A stretch of DNA of 64,000 nt from Nitrosopumilus sp. (GCA_965207445.1 CBDBLX010000002.1:608001-672000); one strand, 5' to 3'. Positions 1 to 11,460 are shown, counted from the stretch's first letter. Made by a program: numbers and translations. Notes: generated from the letters alone by a model not told the origin.

Positions 1-777
1 ACCCTTTTCCCCTACTGCATCAATAACGCCATCAATTGTCCCCTGATATCCACATATGTATATTATCGTGTTCTCTGGTGTGATAGACTCACCTACCATC
101 TCGTCTACAGGGGACAATCCTGTCTTTTTGTTTGGCACAAAGAACGATTCTACCCTTCCAGTATGTCCGCTCCATGATCTATTGAAAAACTCTTTTGGTC
201 TGCTGATGGCTGCACTATACCTGAAATTCCATTCATCTCTTCCTCTCTTCTCACTTTCTATCTCTAAATCTGTGAGTAATCGTTTGTAACTAAGCTCATC
301 TACATAACTTGCACCATGTAAAACTACAACCTCACGTTTGTCATTTGTGTCATGAAAGTGTTTTGCAAATGCAATAAATGGTGCTAGTCCCGTACCGCCT
401 CCTACACATATTACTCTCCTGCTGTCCTTTTTACCGTTATGGAGTTTTTCACTTATCTGAAGCGCAGCACCTGTAGGCTCACCGAGCCAGACTTCATCCC
501 CCACACTTGCATAAAATAACTCTGTTGTGACTCTACCTGGTAGTGGTTTTCTGACCCATCTGATTACAAACTCAAAATAGTCCTGATTCTCTGGATGCGA
601 TGCTATTGAATATGCACGTCTAACAATCTTCTTTTCAGTTGGTATTGGTACGCCAATTGTGAGAAACTGCCCTGTCTTGTACTTTGGCATACCTGTCTCA
701 GGTACTAGTCTGATTATAACTAGATCTTCTTTTAGTAGTTCTACATATGTGATCTTTGCCTTGACTTCACTTACCAT
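1..777 (-). CDS. Ferredoxin--NADP+ reductase family protein (3' end runs off the window)
   Basis: Own translation from ATG at 777: MVSEVKAKITY..., RRAYSIAS (FAD-binding), GGGTGLAPF, LHGAS, YICG motifs; absent from the ORF track because it is truncated. Confidence 0.85.
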   Translation of the reverse strand, partial: MVSEVKAKITYVELLKEDLVIIRLVPETGMPKYKTGQFLTIGVPIPTEKKIVRRAYSIASHPENQDYFEFVIRWVRKPLPGRVTTELFYASVGDEVWLGEPTGAALQISEKLHNGKKDSRRVICVGGGTGLAPFIAFAKHFHDTNDKREVVVLHGASYVDELSYKRLLTDLEIESEKRGRDEWNFRYSAAISRPKEFFNRSWSGHTGRVESFFVPNKKTGLSPVDEMVGESITPENTIIYICGYQGTIDGVIDAVGEKG

Positions 778-890
778 TTACTTGATTTTTGTACCGTTGT
801 TTAAAAAATATTGCTTTTGTGATTTTATCTGTGTTTGATCTCAAGTTGTTTGGCTCAATTGGCAGTCTTTGAGTATATTTTATTCACATA

Positions 891-1856
891 TTACAGAACG
901 TTTGGTTTGAGAAATACTTTGAGCACATTATGTTGTTGTGCGTGTTTTATGGCCGCATCAAACTCATCAAGTGTAAATGTTGCATCTGCCATATAGTCGA
1001 CTAGAATGGTATTTTTTGCAAGCGCGTTTATTGCAGGCTCAAACAATCCACACCTAGATCCGACTAGTGTCACTTCATGTATTATTGCAGGTGTAATGTC
1101 GGCTTTGTTGTTTTGGGCTGTGGTAGATTTTAGTACTAGTGTACCTCGTGGTTTTACCAGTCTCATCGCATCTGTGAATCCTGATGGACTTCCTGCTGCT
1201 TCTATGACCATGTCAAAATTATTCATATCTGTGTCTTTGATGCCAATTTTAGTATGTATGTCAAACTCTCTTAATTTTGACATTTTTTTGCTATATCTGC
1301 CAAAACATGTCACGTCACTAGTTGGATATGTTGCTCTCATAACTTGTGATACTAGTTGTGCTAGTCTGCCATCTCCTACTATTGCAATTTTAGAATCTGG
1401 TTTGATTGACACTTGACTGCATATCTCAAAGGCGGCCGCTAGTGGTTCAATGAAGACTGCCTGTTTGTCGCTGATAAGATCTGGAATCACATGTAGGTTC
1501 TCTTTTGGAAGTGACAAATATTGTGCAAATGCACCATCGCGATTAAGTATGCCAAGTACTGTTCTAAATGGGCAGTGTCGTTGCATCGAGTTGTTACACA
1601 TGTGGCATCTCTTACATCCTACATTGATCTCCCCTACCACTCGCTTTCCGATCATCTCTGTATCTTTACATTCTTTCACAACTCCAACAAACTCGTGGCC
1701 TGGCACTCCCGTGTATCCCATATACCCATTTAACATCTCAAGATCTGTTCCACATATTCCTGCAAGTGATACTTTGATTATGGTCTCATTATTTGCAGGA
1801 TGAGGATAATCTGATCTAAGAGATGGCTTTGAGTTCTCAAGATATACTGCTTTCAT
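891..1856 (-). CDS. Zn-dependent medium-chain alcohol dehydrogenase
   Basis: GICGTD, GHEFVG, structural CxxCxxCx7C zinc motif. Confidence 0.9.
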   Translation of the reverse strand: MKAVYLENSKPSLRSDYPHPANNETIIKVSLAGICGTDLEMLNGYMGYTGVPGHEFVGVVKECKDTEMIGKRVVGEINVGCKRCHMCNNSMQRHCPFRTVLGILNRDGAFAQYLSLPKENLHVIPDLISDKQAVFIEPLAAAFEICSQVSIKPDSKIAIVGDGRLAQLVSQVMRATYPTSDVTCFGRYSKKMSKLREFDIHTKIGIKDTDMNNFDMVIEAAGSPSGFTDAMRLVKPRGTLVLKSTTAQNNKADITPAIIHEVTLVGSRCGLFEPAINALAKNTILVDYMADATFTLDEFDAAIKHAQQHNVLKVFLKPNVL

Positions 1857-2055
1857 TGTGTGTACACACGGTGTTCAATTTAAAGATGTATTGTTGGTCA
1901 TTACAATGTTTATATATTATTTGCCTATTTTTTATAAACAATTATACAAATCATGTTTTGATCAAATGTGCGATTATTGTTGTGGTTTGTTTTACTAAAT
2001 ATCACGTAAATTCCAAAATTGGATATATAATCATATATAATTATATATAATAGTA

Positions 2056-2871
2056 TTAATGTATGGGTTTTATCTTTGATGTAATTTCATCTAACATGCT
2101 TTTATTTGATGCCATGATAAATGATATTCTTGTATTGTAACTCAACTCTGCATCTAGTGGTTCCAAATTCTCATCAAGTAAAAGCCCTCTTGCCTCTTTT
2201 ACAATTATGTATCCTGCTGCAATATCTTGTATCCTTATTTTACCTCTTATGTCCACAAACGCATCAAACAACCCTCGAGCAAAATGTGCCATCTCAAGTG
2301 CGTTTGCACCAAAATGCCTTATGTGATAGTTGTCCTCAAAGAGTGGTTGTAATCTATTGAGCAATTCTGATGACGCGCCTGACAAGTTTATTCCTACGAT
2401 CTTGTAAATTGGATCTCTGTTTCGTACATGTATCTTGTCGTTGTTCAAAAATGCACCATTTTTTGCACTTGCCCAATACATGTCACCGTTAGTCAAGTCA
2501 GTTACTACTCCTGCTGATACAGATTTGAGACTGTTACTAGTTGCAAATGCAAGAGAACTACAAAAGAATGGAACGCCTCTAACTGCATTAGCTGACCCGT
2601 CAATTGCATCCATTATTATATAGCCGCTTGGATTTTCCCCTATCTCTACTCTACCGCATTCCTCACCTAGTACTGTGTATGACGCATCTCTCTCTTTGAG
2701 ATAGTCTAGAACCGTCTTTTCTGCTACAATATCTATCTTCCTTGATACGTCACCGCCTGCACCTATACCATGACTGCTCTCTGCATCTATGGTTCCTGCC
2801 ATTTCATTTACATTGGAATATATCTGCTGTGATACTTCTTTGAGAATCTCAATAATACTCTCTTTTGTCAT
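2056..2871 (-). CDS. Inositol monophosphatase / archaeal FBPase-IMPase family
   Basis: GEE, DAIDGSAN, DIAAG motifs. Confidence 0.88.
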   Translation of the reverse strand: MTKESIIEILKEVSQQIYSNVNEMAGTIDAESSHGIGAGGDVSRKIDIVAEKTVLDYLKERDASYTVLGEECGRVEIGENPSGYIIMDAIDGSANAVRGVPFFCSSLAFATSNSLKSVSAGVVTDLTNGDMYWASAKNGAFLNNDKIHVRNRDPIYKIVGINLSGASSELLNRLQPLFEDNYHIRHFGANALEMAHFARGLFDAFVDIRGKIRIQDIAAGYIIVKEARGLLLDENLEPLDAELSYNTRISFIMASNKSMLDEITSKIKPIH

Positions 2872-3049
2872 ATGTTTGGTGTGATGTGTCGTAATTTAAA
2901 CAAGTGCAATCTTTCGTCATGTGTTTGTCTAATGTATGATAAGACTGTGATCAAAAGAATACTCTGAATATGATATTTTGCGAAAATACATTTGGGGTTG
3001 TTACATATACGAGATAAAAGATAAAAAAGCCCATGCAATTAAACAAATT

Positions 3050-3331
3050 ATGAGCAGACTATGTACCAAATGTAAAGATACAATACCTGATTCTGAGGTA
3101 CTTGATCCAGTTGCAGAAAAATACCCTGTATGTAACAAATGTTGGGCAGAATGGAAAGAGTATCGTGTAATGGTGATAAATGAGATGCGACTTGATATGT
3201 CGATGCCAGATCATAGAAAATTAGTTCGCAAACACGAAAAGATCTTTGCAGGTGTAATGTCACCTGACGGTGAGATAATTGACTTTACAAACGAGGATAA
3301 CCGACGTCCTGATGATCCGCCACCATCCTGA
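3050..3331 (+). CDS. Fe(II)-trafficking / oxidative-damage protection protein (YggX-like)
   Basis: CWAEWKEYRVMVINEMRLDM resembles the YggX W..W...Q.M.INE.RL motif; ATG 3050 preferred to TTG 2978. Confidence 0.7.
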   Translation: MSRLCTKCKDTIPDSEVLDPVAEKYPVCNKCWAEWKEYRVMVINEMRLDMSMPDHRKLVRKHEKIFAGVMSPDGEIIDFTNEDNRRPDDPPPS

Positions 3332-3343
3332 TTATGGTGAGTT

Positions 3344-3403
3344 ATACCTTGTTTTTGATACCTTGTTTTTGATACCTTGTTTTTGATACCTTGTTTTTGA
3401 TAC
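3344..3403. repeat. Tandem repeat ATACCTTGTTTTTG x4
   Basis: Four perfect 14-bp units, intergenic. Confidence 0.95.
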
Positions 3404-3504
3404 TAAACAATGGACAAGCATACAAAAAGTCATCTTTTTTATGAATTACACTGATATTTTATCTCTGTTGAATACATAAATACAAAATTGAGCTTGCGCA
3501 TATT

Positions 3505-4629
3505 GTGCTAGGCAAAAATCAATCTGTATTTGAAAAGAGCATACTTGCAAGCACAAAACCTGGCAAGCAGATAATACGCCAACGATTATTCAAATCAAAA
3601 GGGTACAAATTATTTGATAAATACAAGACTGAATCTGAGGAAAACTTTTCAGACTTTGCAGCACGTTTTACCGCAGACCTGCACAAAGAGATTACCCTTG
3701 ACTCGTCTACATCATCTACCTTGCAATCGTTTGTAGATGAGGTAAACTCTGATGAGATGGCGCTCTCCTCATCAGAAATTGATCATACAAAGCAACGACT
3801 TGAATCAATAGAGTCACTACGTATTAGAGTAGACCGAATACTTGACTCTAACTTTGTTAAAATGACATTTCCTGTATTCAATGCATTGTATGATGGTGCT
3901 TCTGAATTGTATGAAAAAGGTACAAATGATACCCATAGTGATTTGCGCCGTGATATAGTAGAAGGGCACATTCTCGCAATTGATCTAAGTGAGCCGATGG
4001 ATCGTATAGTTGACAAGGATGAGGACTTGGAATTTCTTGATGATTACAAGCTCATGAATCCATACATCTTACGTCTTGCTCGAAGTCGCATATCAAAAGC
4101 AGGTGATCACGTGTTGGCATCATTTGAGCAAGGGTTCAAAGATGCTCGGCTAGGCCAAGACTTGGATGAGAATCTAAAGTCACAACCTTCTAGCATCACT
4201 GAGGATGATATGACTATATCTTACAAGAAATATCGTGCTGTAATGGGCACTGCTGGACGCAACATGGCGCTTGCAGAACGTCCACTTGGGGATATATTCT
4301 ATCTTGGAATGGCAAAGACTGCTGAAGGCGTTGGATGTGGAAACGAGATTGAAGACTCTATTCGTGATCGCGCAGTAAAGATTCCATCATGGCCATTATA
4401 TTATTCAGTACTATCTGGAAGCTCACGCACTGGATTTGCCGCTGCATTTGAAAAGGGTAATCTCTATCTCCAAGATGCACGGCTTGCAATATCTTTACTT
4501 CCTGAGAATTTTGCAAATACTGCATTATTGGAATTTTTGTTTATTTCGATGGAACATTATAACACGTATTGGCATGATCAATTGTTAAAGCTTGGGGCGT
4601 GGGATGAGTTTGATTCTAGTTTGCCTTGA
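3505..4629 (+). CDS. Conserved hypothetical protein (thaumarchaeal type)
   Basis: 374-aa ORF of normal composition; no motif recognised. Confidence 0.75.
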   Translation: MLGKNQSVFEKSILASTKPGKQIIRQRLFKSKGYKLFDKYKTESEENFSDFAARFTADLHKEITLDSSTSSTLQSFVDEVNSDEMALSSSEIDHTKQRLESIESLRIRVDRILDSNFVKMTFPVFNALYDGASELYEKGTNDTHSDLRRDIVEGHILAIDLSEPMDRIVDKDEDLEFLDDYKLMNPYILRLARSRISKAGDHVLASFEQGFKDARLGQDLDENLKSQPSSITEDDMTISYKKYRAVMGTAGRNMALAERPLGDIFYLGMAKTAEGVGCGNEIEDSIRDRAVKIPSWPLYYSVLSGSSRTGFAAAFEKGNLYLQDARLAISLLPENFANTALLEFLFISMEHYNTYWHDQLLKLGAWDEFDSSLP

Positions 4630-4632
4630 TGT

Positions 4633-4652
4633 GGGGGGGGGGGGGGGGGGGG
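4633..4652. repeat. Poly-G tract (20 nt)
   Basis: G20 directly visible, 25 bp upstream of the rfcL start. Confidence 0.9.
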
Positions 4653-4677
4653 TAATGTGTGGGGTGTGGTGTATTAG

Positions 4678-5907
4678 TTGATCTGGTCTGATAAATACCG
4701 TCCTAGCTCTATTTCCAAAATGATTGGAAATCCTGACGCACGGTCTGTTATGGTAAAATGGCTTGCAGACTGGAAACCAAATGCAAAGCCAATGTTGTTG
4801 GTAGGTCCGCCTGGTATTGGCAAGACCACAATGGCATTTTTACTTGCAGAGCAGTTTGGATATGATATGGTTGGATTGAATGCAAGTGATGTTCGCAACA
4901 AATCAAAAATAAATGAGATACTCGGACCCGTATTGGGAAACCTCGCAGTCACTGACAAGCCATCTATTGTATTCATCGATGAGGTTGATGGTATCCATGG
5001 ACGTAGTGACTATGGTGGTGCATCGGCTCTTGTTGATATATTGAAAAGAGCAAATGTTCCCGTAATACTTGCCGCAAACGATGCTTCATCAGATAAACTA
5101 AAACCCATAATCAAAATTACCGACGTCGTAGAGTTTAAACGCATACCACCACGACTCTTAAAGATGTATCTGCAACATATCATTAATTGTGAGGATACAA
5201 AAAAGCCTGACAGTACTGCCAAGACTATGACGTATGGACTACTCATCAAGATAATAAATAGATCAAAAGGAGACATACGCTCTATGATAAATTTGGCACA
5301 GTCATATGCAACTGGATTCAACCCTGCCACAGAAACATCAGTTGAGTTACTTACATCTGAGCAGGCCATATCTGCATTCTTTAAAGCTCCGTCCATGTTT
5401 GATGCACTAGATATTTTACACCGTATGCCATCTGATCCACGTGAAAAGATAAATGCCTTTTACTCTAGTATAATAACTAGTACTGATCTTACGCCTATGC
5501 AATTGGTTGCTCTACTTTCTGTTATAGCCGACGCTGATGTTTTATATGGTCGTATACTGCGTAATCAAAATTGGAGATTGTTGCGTTATCTCAATGGTAT
5601 TCTTATCAATATGTATACTATATTTAATAGACCTGATATCATAAAGAATGATAATGCAGTTAAATATTCACAGTATAACATTTCATGGCCTCTTTTGTCT
5701 CGTATCAGATTCGATGGTGCCAAGATCAAATTACTTGCTGCTGATATGGGTTCTGCATTACATGTGTCCTCTAGTGTGTTTGGTGCATTGTATATGCCAT
5801 ACATGTTATTTTGTCTCAAAAAAGGAATGCTTGAAATGCCTGATTCTAAAGAAGATGCACATGCAGAAATACTTGCAAAAGAGGTTCAACGACTTGCTTC
5901 AATGTAA
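4678..5907 (+). CDS. rfcL: Replication factor C large subunit
   Basis: WSDKYRP, GPPGIGKT, LNASDVR, IDEVDG, GDIRS clamp-loader motifs. Confidence 0.9.
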   Translation: MIWSDKYRPSSISKMIGNPDARSVMVKWLADWKPNAKPMLLVGPPGIGKTTMAFLLAEQFGYDMVGLNASDVRNKSKINEILGPVLGNLAVTDKPSIVFIDEVDGIHGRSDYGGASALVDILKRANVPVILAANDASSDKLKPIIKITDVVEFKRIPPRLLKMYLQHIINCEDTKKPDSTAKTMTYGLLIKIINRSKGDIRSMINLAQSYATGFNPATETSVELLTSEQAISAFFKAPSMFDALDILHRMPSDPREKINAFYSSIITSTDLTPMQLVALLSVIADADVLYGRILRNQNWRLLRYLNGILINMYTIFNRPDIIKNDNAVKYSQYNISWPLLSRIRFDGAKIKLLAADMGSALHVSSSVFGALYMPYMLFCLKKGMLEMPDSKEDAHAEILAKEVQRLASM

Positions 5908-5992
5908 TGGTACATGTGATGATATGTGTAATGGTACATGTGATGATACGTGTAATGGTATGTGTAATGGTATGTGTAATGGTACATGTAAT
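5903..5992. repeat. Imperfect 12/24-bp tandem repeat (TGTAATGGTAYR / TGTGATGATAYG)
   Basis: Visible just after the rfcL stop. Confidence 0.85.
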
Positions 5993-6106
5993 GTGAGGTG
6001 TTTGCAACAATACAATTGCACAGTTGAGATATCTTATATCAGATATAATATTATATGTGATACTATGTCTAATTTTATTAACAATAAAAAAAGAGTTGTA
6101 TAATAC

Positions 6107-6508
6107 GTGGCTTGGATAAAACTTACCATGAAATTTCCAGGCAAATGCATGGAATGTGGAAAACCTATACCCGCAGGACAGCCGGGATTGTGGTTAAAAG
6201 GCGTGGGTGTTAAACACGTACAGTGTGCCACTTCTGAGGATATGGATTCATCAGATACCTCTGTACCTGTTGTTAATCGTATAATGTGTTCTTTATGTGG
6301 TAAATCTGCTGGATGCTCAGAGTGTGAATTTCAAGACAATTGTGACATTGCAAATGTATCTCCATCTTGTCTGTGTGCACCATGCAGTCAAAAAAATGAT
6401 GTACTGTCTTTGTATCATGTATCAGTTGGAAAAAAGTTTCCTATTTTGATTGAAGATGCGCCTAAAAAAGACACTAGCCCAAAGTATACTAATGCACGTC
6501 TCTTCTAA
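6107..6508 (+). CDS. Cys-rich putative zinc-binding hypothetical protein
   Basis: CxxC...HxxC and several further CxxC motifs. Confidence 0.7.
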   Translation: MAWIKLTMKFPGKCMECGKPIPAGQPGLWLKGVGVKHVQCATSEDMDSSDTSVPVVNRIMCSLCGKSAGCSECEFQDNCDIANVSPSCLCAPCSQKNDVLSLYHVSVGKKFPILIEDAPKKDTSPKYTNARLF

Positions 6509-7533
6509 GTTTTCTTTTACAACCAAAGTATCAGTTTGAATTATGATGCTCGCAGGCTGTGAGATATATCACGCGAGCTGGAATGTCACGTTTGAACAAT
6601 GAAATCTGGATACCTGATAGGTTCTCTTGCAAACGCAGTTGATCGGTGTTTATATGAATTTTTTATTTGAATTTGATATTTGAGGCTGAAAAATGTAAAT
6701 TTTTAGTACTTTTTTGTGTGACTGTGACGATGGTTTGGAATAGGAATTAGTTAGAGTTGGTATCAAAAAGACAAACGAGTTTATCTTGAAGAAATTGAGT
6801 TGTATGCCAAATGATAGTTTGATTTGGCATCAAAACACAAACAGATGTAGAGTGTTTGTATATATGATGTGTAATGTGTAGAATCTGACAATTCAGGCAG
6901 AGGAACATATGGATGCGTTTTGAATGAACGTTATCCAAGCATAACAACTATCTGCAAGATCAGAGCCTTTTACTGGTATAATGTCAATTTCAATTGACTT
7001 GGCAGGTGTCATGTTGTTTTTGAGGCTTGTGTGTTTTCTAAAAAAAGTTATGATATACTATATCAGACGTAAGAGTCCCAGGGTCCTCTGATTTTAGTCC
7101 ACGTACACACTTGATGGGGGCAGAAATGACAGTAAAACTACTGTATACTGGCATTCTGAGAAATTTTTTTGTGTAGGGTTCTGATAGTAAATGAACATGT
7201 ACATGCTGATTAATCGTCGTCGTCGTTGTATGACTCGCGCAATAACATCCTGTGGGGCGTCATCCGGCAGCGAGCCAAGACATGCAGGCCGGTGTCATGT
7301 GTGGTCTTGCTTTCATGGTACGACCTGCAGAAGGTCTGTTGATTACCAATATTTCACATAGCACCTACAGTGATGGTGATCAATATAATGTGGTCTGCTT
7401 GCGCCCAGTCCGTCAGATGTTTGGCGCACGCGGTGAAATACATGTGCAGGGTATAACTTGCCAATAATTAACACAAGGATACTAGTAATGATTACCATCT
7501 AATTAATATTATGCCACCCAACACTATAATTAT

Positions 7534-9081
7534 ATGCATGCTGAAAAACTTGATACTTTTGGAAAGAAAAGAGAGACTGCTCTGAATGGAGGCGGTTCTG
7601 ATAAAATTAACGCACAACATGAAAAAGGCAAACTTACTGCTCGTGAGCGAATTAATCTCTTACTTGATGAAGGTACATTTGTAGAGGTGGATCCACTTGC
7701 CACCCATCACTATCATGAATATGACATGCAAAAGAAAAAATTTTTCACTGACGGTGTAGTTGGTGGATATGGAAATGTTGCAGGAAGGCAGACATTTGTA
7801 TTTGCATATGATTTTACAGTTTTGGGCGGTACACTCAGCCAAATGGGTGCAAAAAAGATAACAAAACTAATGGATCATGCACTTCGTACAGGATGTCCAA
7901 TAATAGGAATAATGGACTCTGGTGGTGCACGTATACAAGAAGGAATAATGAGTCTTGATGGTTTTGCTGACATATTTTACCACAATCAGCTTGCATCTGG
8001 TGTAATTCCTCAGATAACTGCTAGTATTGGACCATCGGCTGGTGGTTCTGTGTACTCACCTGCAATGACTGACTTTGTAATTATGGTTCAAAAAGTAGGT
8101 ACAATGTTTGTGACTGGTCCTGATGTTGTAAAGACTGTACTTGGTGAGGAAATATCATTTGATGATCTTGGCGGTGCCACTACACATGGTGCCAAAAGTG
8201 GCGTTGCCCATTTTGTTGCAAACAACGAGTATGAATGCATGGATCACATACGCACACTCTTGTCATACTTGCCTCAGAACAACTCTCAAGGACCTGATTC
8301 GATTAAATCAAATGATGATCCGAACAGACTAGATCACAATCTAATTAATATATTGCCAGAAAATCCATTACAGCCATATGATATGAAAGATATCATAAAT
8401 GTAATTGTTGATGATCATACATTTTTTGAAGTACATGAACTCTTTGCACCAAATATAGTAGTTGGCTTTGCACGAATGGACGGTAAAGTTGTAGGTATTG
8501 TCGCAAACAACCCAATGCACCTTGCAGGAGCATTAGACATTGACTCTTCAAACAAAGCAGCACGTTTTGTCAGATTTTGTGATGCATTCTCAATACCATT
8601 GATCACCCTTGTTGATACTCCGGGATATATGCCAGGTTCCAATCAAGAGCACAATGGAATTATCCGACATGGTAGCAAGCTTCTTTATGCGTACTGTGAA
8701 GCGACGGTCCCAAAGATTACTCTAGTTGTGGGAAAGGCTTATGGTGGTGCATACATTGCTATGGCAAGCAAAAATCTCAGAACAGATATCAACTATGCAT
8801 GGCCAACTGCTCGATGTGCTGTGTTAGGTGGTGAGGCTGCTGTCAAGATAATGTATAGAAAAGAACTACAGACTGCAAATGACCCTGACTCTTTTAAAAA
8901 GGAATTGATAGATGAGTTTGTCGAAAAATTTGAAAACCCATATGTTGCTGCATCATATGGCACAGTTGATAATGTAATTGACCCTTCAGAGACGCGTCCG
9001 ATGCTCATAAAGGCCTTGAACATGTTAGAGGGCAAACGTGAGCGTCAACTACCCCGAAAACATGGGAACATAAACTTGTGA
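7534..9081 (+). CDS. pccB: Acetyl-/propionyl-CoA carboxylase, carboxyltransferase subunit (3HP/4HB cycle)
   Basis: GKLTARERI, DSGGARIQEG, KAYGGAY, PRKHGNINL. Confidence 0.95.
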   Translation: MHAEKLDTFGKKRETALNGGGSDKINAQHEKGKLTARERINLLLDEGTFVEVDPLATHHYHEYDMQKKKFFTDGVVGGYGNVAGRQTFVFAYDFTVLGGTLSQMGAKKITKLMDHALRTGCPIIGIMDSGGARIQEGIMSLDGFADIFYHNQLASGVIPQITASIGPSAGGSVYSPAMTDFVIMVQKVGTMFVTGPDVVKTVLGEEISFDDLGGATTHGAKSGVAHFVANNEYECMDHIRTLLSYLPQNNSQGPDSIKSNDDPNRLDHNLINILPENPLQPYDMKDIINVIVDDHTFFEVHELFAPNIVVGFARMDGKVVGIVANNPMHLAGALDIDSSNKAARFVRFCDAFSIPLITLVDTPGYMPGSNQEHNGIIRHGSKLLYAYCEATVPKITLVVGKAYGGAYIAMASKNLRTDINYAWPTARCAVLGGEAAVKIMYRKELQTANDPDSFKKELIDEFVEKFENPYVAASYGTVDNVIDPSETRPMLIKALNMLEGKRERQLPRKHGNINL

Positions 9082-9094
9082 GTGGTGTTGGTAA

Positions 9095-10627
9095 ATGATA
9101 GAAAAAGTCTTGATTGCAAACAGAGGTGAGATTGCACTTCGAGTAATTCGTACATGCCGTGTATTAGGAATCAAGACTGTTGCTGTATATTCTGATGAGG
9201 ATACAAACTCACTTCATGTAAAGCAAGCAAGTGAATCATACCATATAGGTGAAGCTGCTCCTGCAAAATCATACCTTAATCAGGACGAAATTTTGGACGT
9301 TATATTGTCATCTGGTTCTGATGCTGTGCATCCTGGATACGGATTTCTCTCTGAGAATGATGACTTTGCAAGACTGTGTGAAAAGAACTCGATTAACTTT
9401 ATTGGACCTAGTGCAGACTCTATGAATCTGTGTGGTGACAAGATGCGTTGCAAGGCAGCAATGCTAAAGGCAAACGTACCTACTGTACCTGGTAGCCCTG
9501 ACTTGGTCAAGGATGTTGATGAGGCCTTGTCGATTGCAAATGACATTGGTTATCCGGTACTCTTAAAGTCTGTATATGGTGGTGGTGGTCGCGGAATTCG
9601 ATTGGCAACAAATGATGCAGAACTACGATCAGGTTATGAATCAGTTACAGGTGAATCTATTGCAGCAGTAGGAAAATCTGCAATCTTGGTTGAAAAATTT
9701 CTAGAGCGGACTCGTCATATAGAATATCAGATGGCTCGTGACACAAAGGGCAATACAGTTCATCTCTTTGAGCGTGAGTGTTCTATTCAGAGAAGAAATC
9801 AAAAACTAATAGAGCAGACGCCATCCCCAGTAGTTGACGCTGAGACTCGAGAGCGCATAGGCGCAATTGTATGTGATGCTGCGCGCGCAGTCGATTATAC
9901 AAATCTAGGAACGGCGGAATTTTTGCGCTCTGATGAAGGTGAATTTTACTTTATAGAGATAAATGCCCGACTCCAAGTAGAACATCCAATAACTGAATAT
10001 GTGTCTGGACTGGATCTTGTAAAGTTACAAATAGATATTGCAAATGGTGAGCCATTACCATTTGAACAAAAAGATTTGGTTATGAATGGGTATGCAATCG
10101 AGTGTAGAATAAATGCCGAAGATACATTTCTTGACTTTGCACCTTCAACAGGACCGGTACCTGACGTGGAGATTCCCTCGGGGCCATGTGTACGTTGTGA
10201 CACGTATTTGTATCCTGGTTGTACAGTATCTCCATTTTATGATTCGTTGATGGCAAAACTCGTCACGTGGGGTCAAACATTTGAAGAGTCTCGAACTCGT
10301 ATGCTTGCGGCACTTGATGACTTTTACATACGTGGTGTTGAGACATCGATTCCTCTTTATAAGACTATATTGCGCTCAAAAGAGTACAAAGAGGGGAAAC
10401 TATCAACTGACTTTTTGAAGAGATATGATATGATAAACCGACTTGAAGCTGATATAAAATCTGACAAGATATCAAAAGCAGATGCAGCACTTGCCGCAGC
10501 TGTTGTGCATGCAGAATTTTTGAAAAGCCGAGCTAGTAATCATAATAATAACAACAACAACAACGACAACAACACCAACAAAAATGATGAAAACCATAAT
10601 CATTGGAGGAGTATGTTGTATCGATGA
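9095..10627 (+). CDS. accC: Acetyl-/propionyl-CoA carboxylase, biotin carboxylase subunit
   Basis: IANRGEIA, HPGYGFLSEN, GGGGRG, ERECSIQRRNQK, RLQVEHP. Confidence 0.95.
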   Translation: MIEKVLIANRGEIALRVIRTCRVLGIKTVAVYSDEDTNSLHVKQASESYHIGEAAPAKSYLNQDEILDVILSSGSDAVHPGYGFLSENDDFARLCEKNSINFIGPSADSMNLCGDKMRCKAAMLKANVPTVPGSPDLVKDVDEALSIANDIGYPVLLKSVYGGGGRGIRLATNDAELRSGYESVTGESIAAVGKSAILVEKFLERTRHIEYQMARDTKGNTVHLFERECSIQRRNQKLIEQTPSPVVDAETRERIGAIVCDAARAVDYTNLGTAEFLRSDEGEFYFIEINARLQVEHPITEYVSGLDLVKLQIDIANGEPLPFEQKDLVMNGYAIECRINAEDTFLDFAPSTGPVPDVEIPSGPCVRCDTYLYPGCTVSPFYDSLMAKLVTWGQTFEESRTRMLAALDDFYIRGVETSIPLYKTILRSKEYKEGKLSTDFLKRYDMINRLEADIKSDKISKADAALAAAVVHAEFLKSRASNHNNNNNNNDNNTNKNDENHNHWRSMLYR

Positions 10628-11160
10628 CTAGTACAAAATATGTGATAGATGGTATTGATACTACTGGTACATTTGATGCCAGTCTGAAAGATGACCTTGG
10701 AGGCGGAGAGTACACAGTCGGTATTAACGGTGCAGATCGTATCTTGCGTATATTGAATCTTAAATCTGATGGAATTGAGTTTATGCTTGATAACGTATAT
10801 CACAAAGTAAAGTACATCTCACGTACAACTAGGGAGATTTCACTACTAATTGATGGTGTGCCGATCTCACTTGGAATGCACGCTGAATTAGATGAGATCG
10901 TATTCAAGAACTCTGGTGGTGTTGGGGGCTCTGGTACAAGTAATGCACAAATCTCACTACAGAGTCAGATACCTGGCAAGGTTGTATCAATAGCTGTATC
11001 TGAGGGTGACTCTGTCAAGAAAGGTGATGTGGTGTGTACTTTGGAATCGATGAAGATGCAAGTAGCCATCAAGTCACATAAAGACGGTGAGATAAAGTCA
11101 ATCAAAGTAAAAGAGTCTGCAAATGTTGCAAAGGGCGACATTATAGCTGACATTGAATGA
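10624..11160 (+). CDS. accB: Biotin carboxyl carrier protein
   Basis: ESMKM biotinylation motif; ATG overlaps the accC stop. Confidence 0.92.
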   Translation: MTSTKYVIDGIDTTGTFDASLKDDLGGGEYTVGINGADRILRILNLKSDGIEFMLDNVYHKVKYISRTTREISLLIDGVPISLGMHAELDEIVFKNSGGVGGSGTSNAQISLQSQIPGKVVSIAVSEGDSVKKGDVVCTLESMKMQVAIKSHKDGEIKSIKVKESANVAKGDIIADIE

Positions 11161-11460
11161 CATTTTTTGTAAGTTATATCTCATATTTGTAGTGCTTTGT
11201 GGTGTGGTATTTTTTCATCTACGTAACATCAAAATATACATATTATACACGGTACATTATTTGAGTATTATACATGCATGTAATGGATGCAGCTAAGTGA
11301 ATCTCAAATATATTAACTATATATGATCAATTAGAATATACAGTCAGATATTTTATATCTTCTTGCCGTATCTGATGATGATGTATAGATTGTAATTTTT
11401 GTTCTCAGTCAAAAAAAAAAGTGACGTAAAGCCTATGGAATGTTTGCGCATGTTCTAGTC

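Noticed and set aside
5648..6103. Cys-rich 151-aa ORF (CNGTCDD repeats)
   Set aside because: Produced by the intergenic tandem repeat and overlaps rfcL out of frame.
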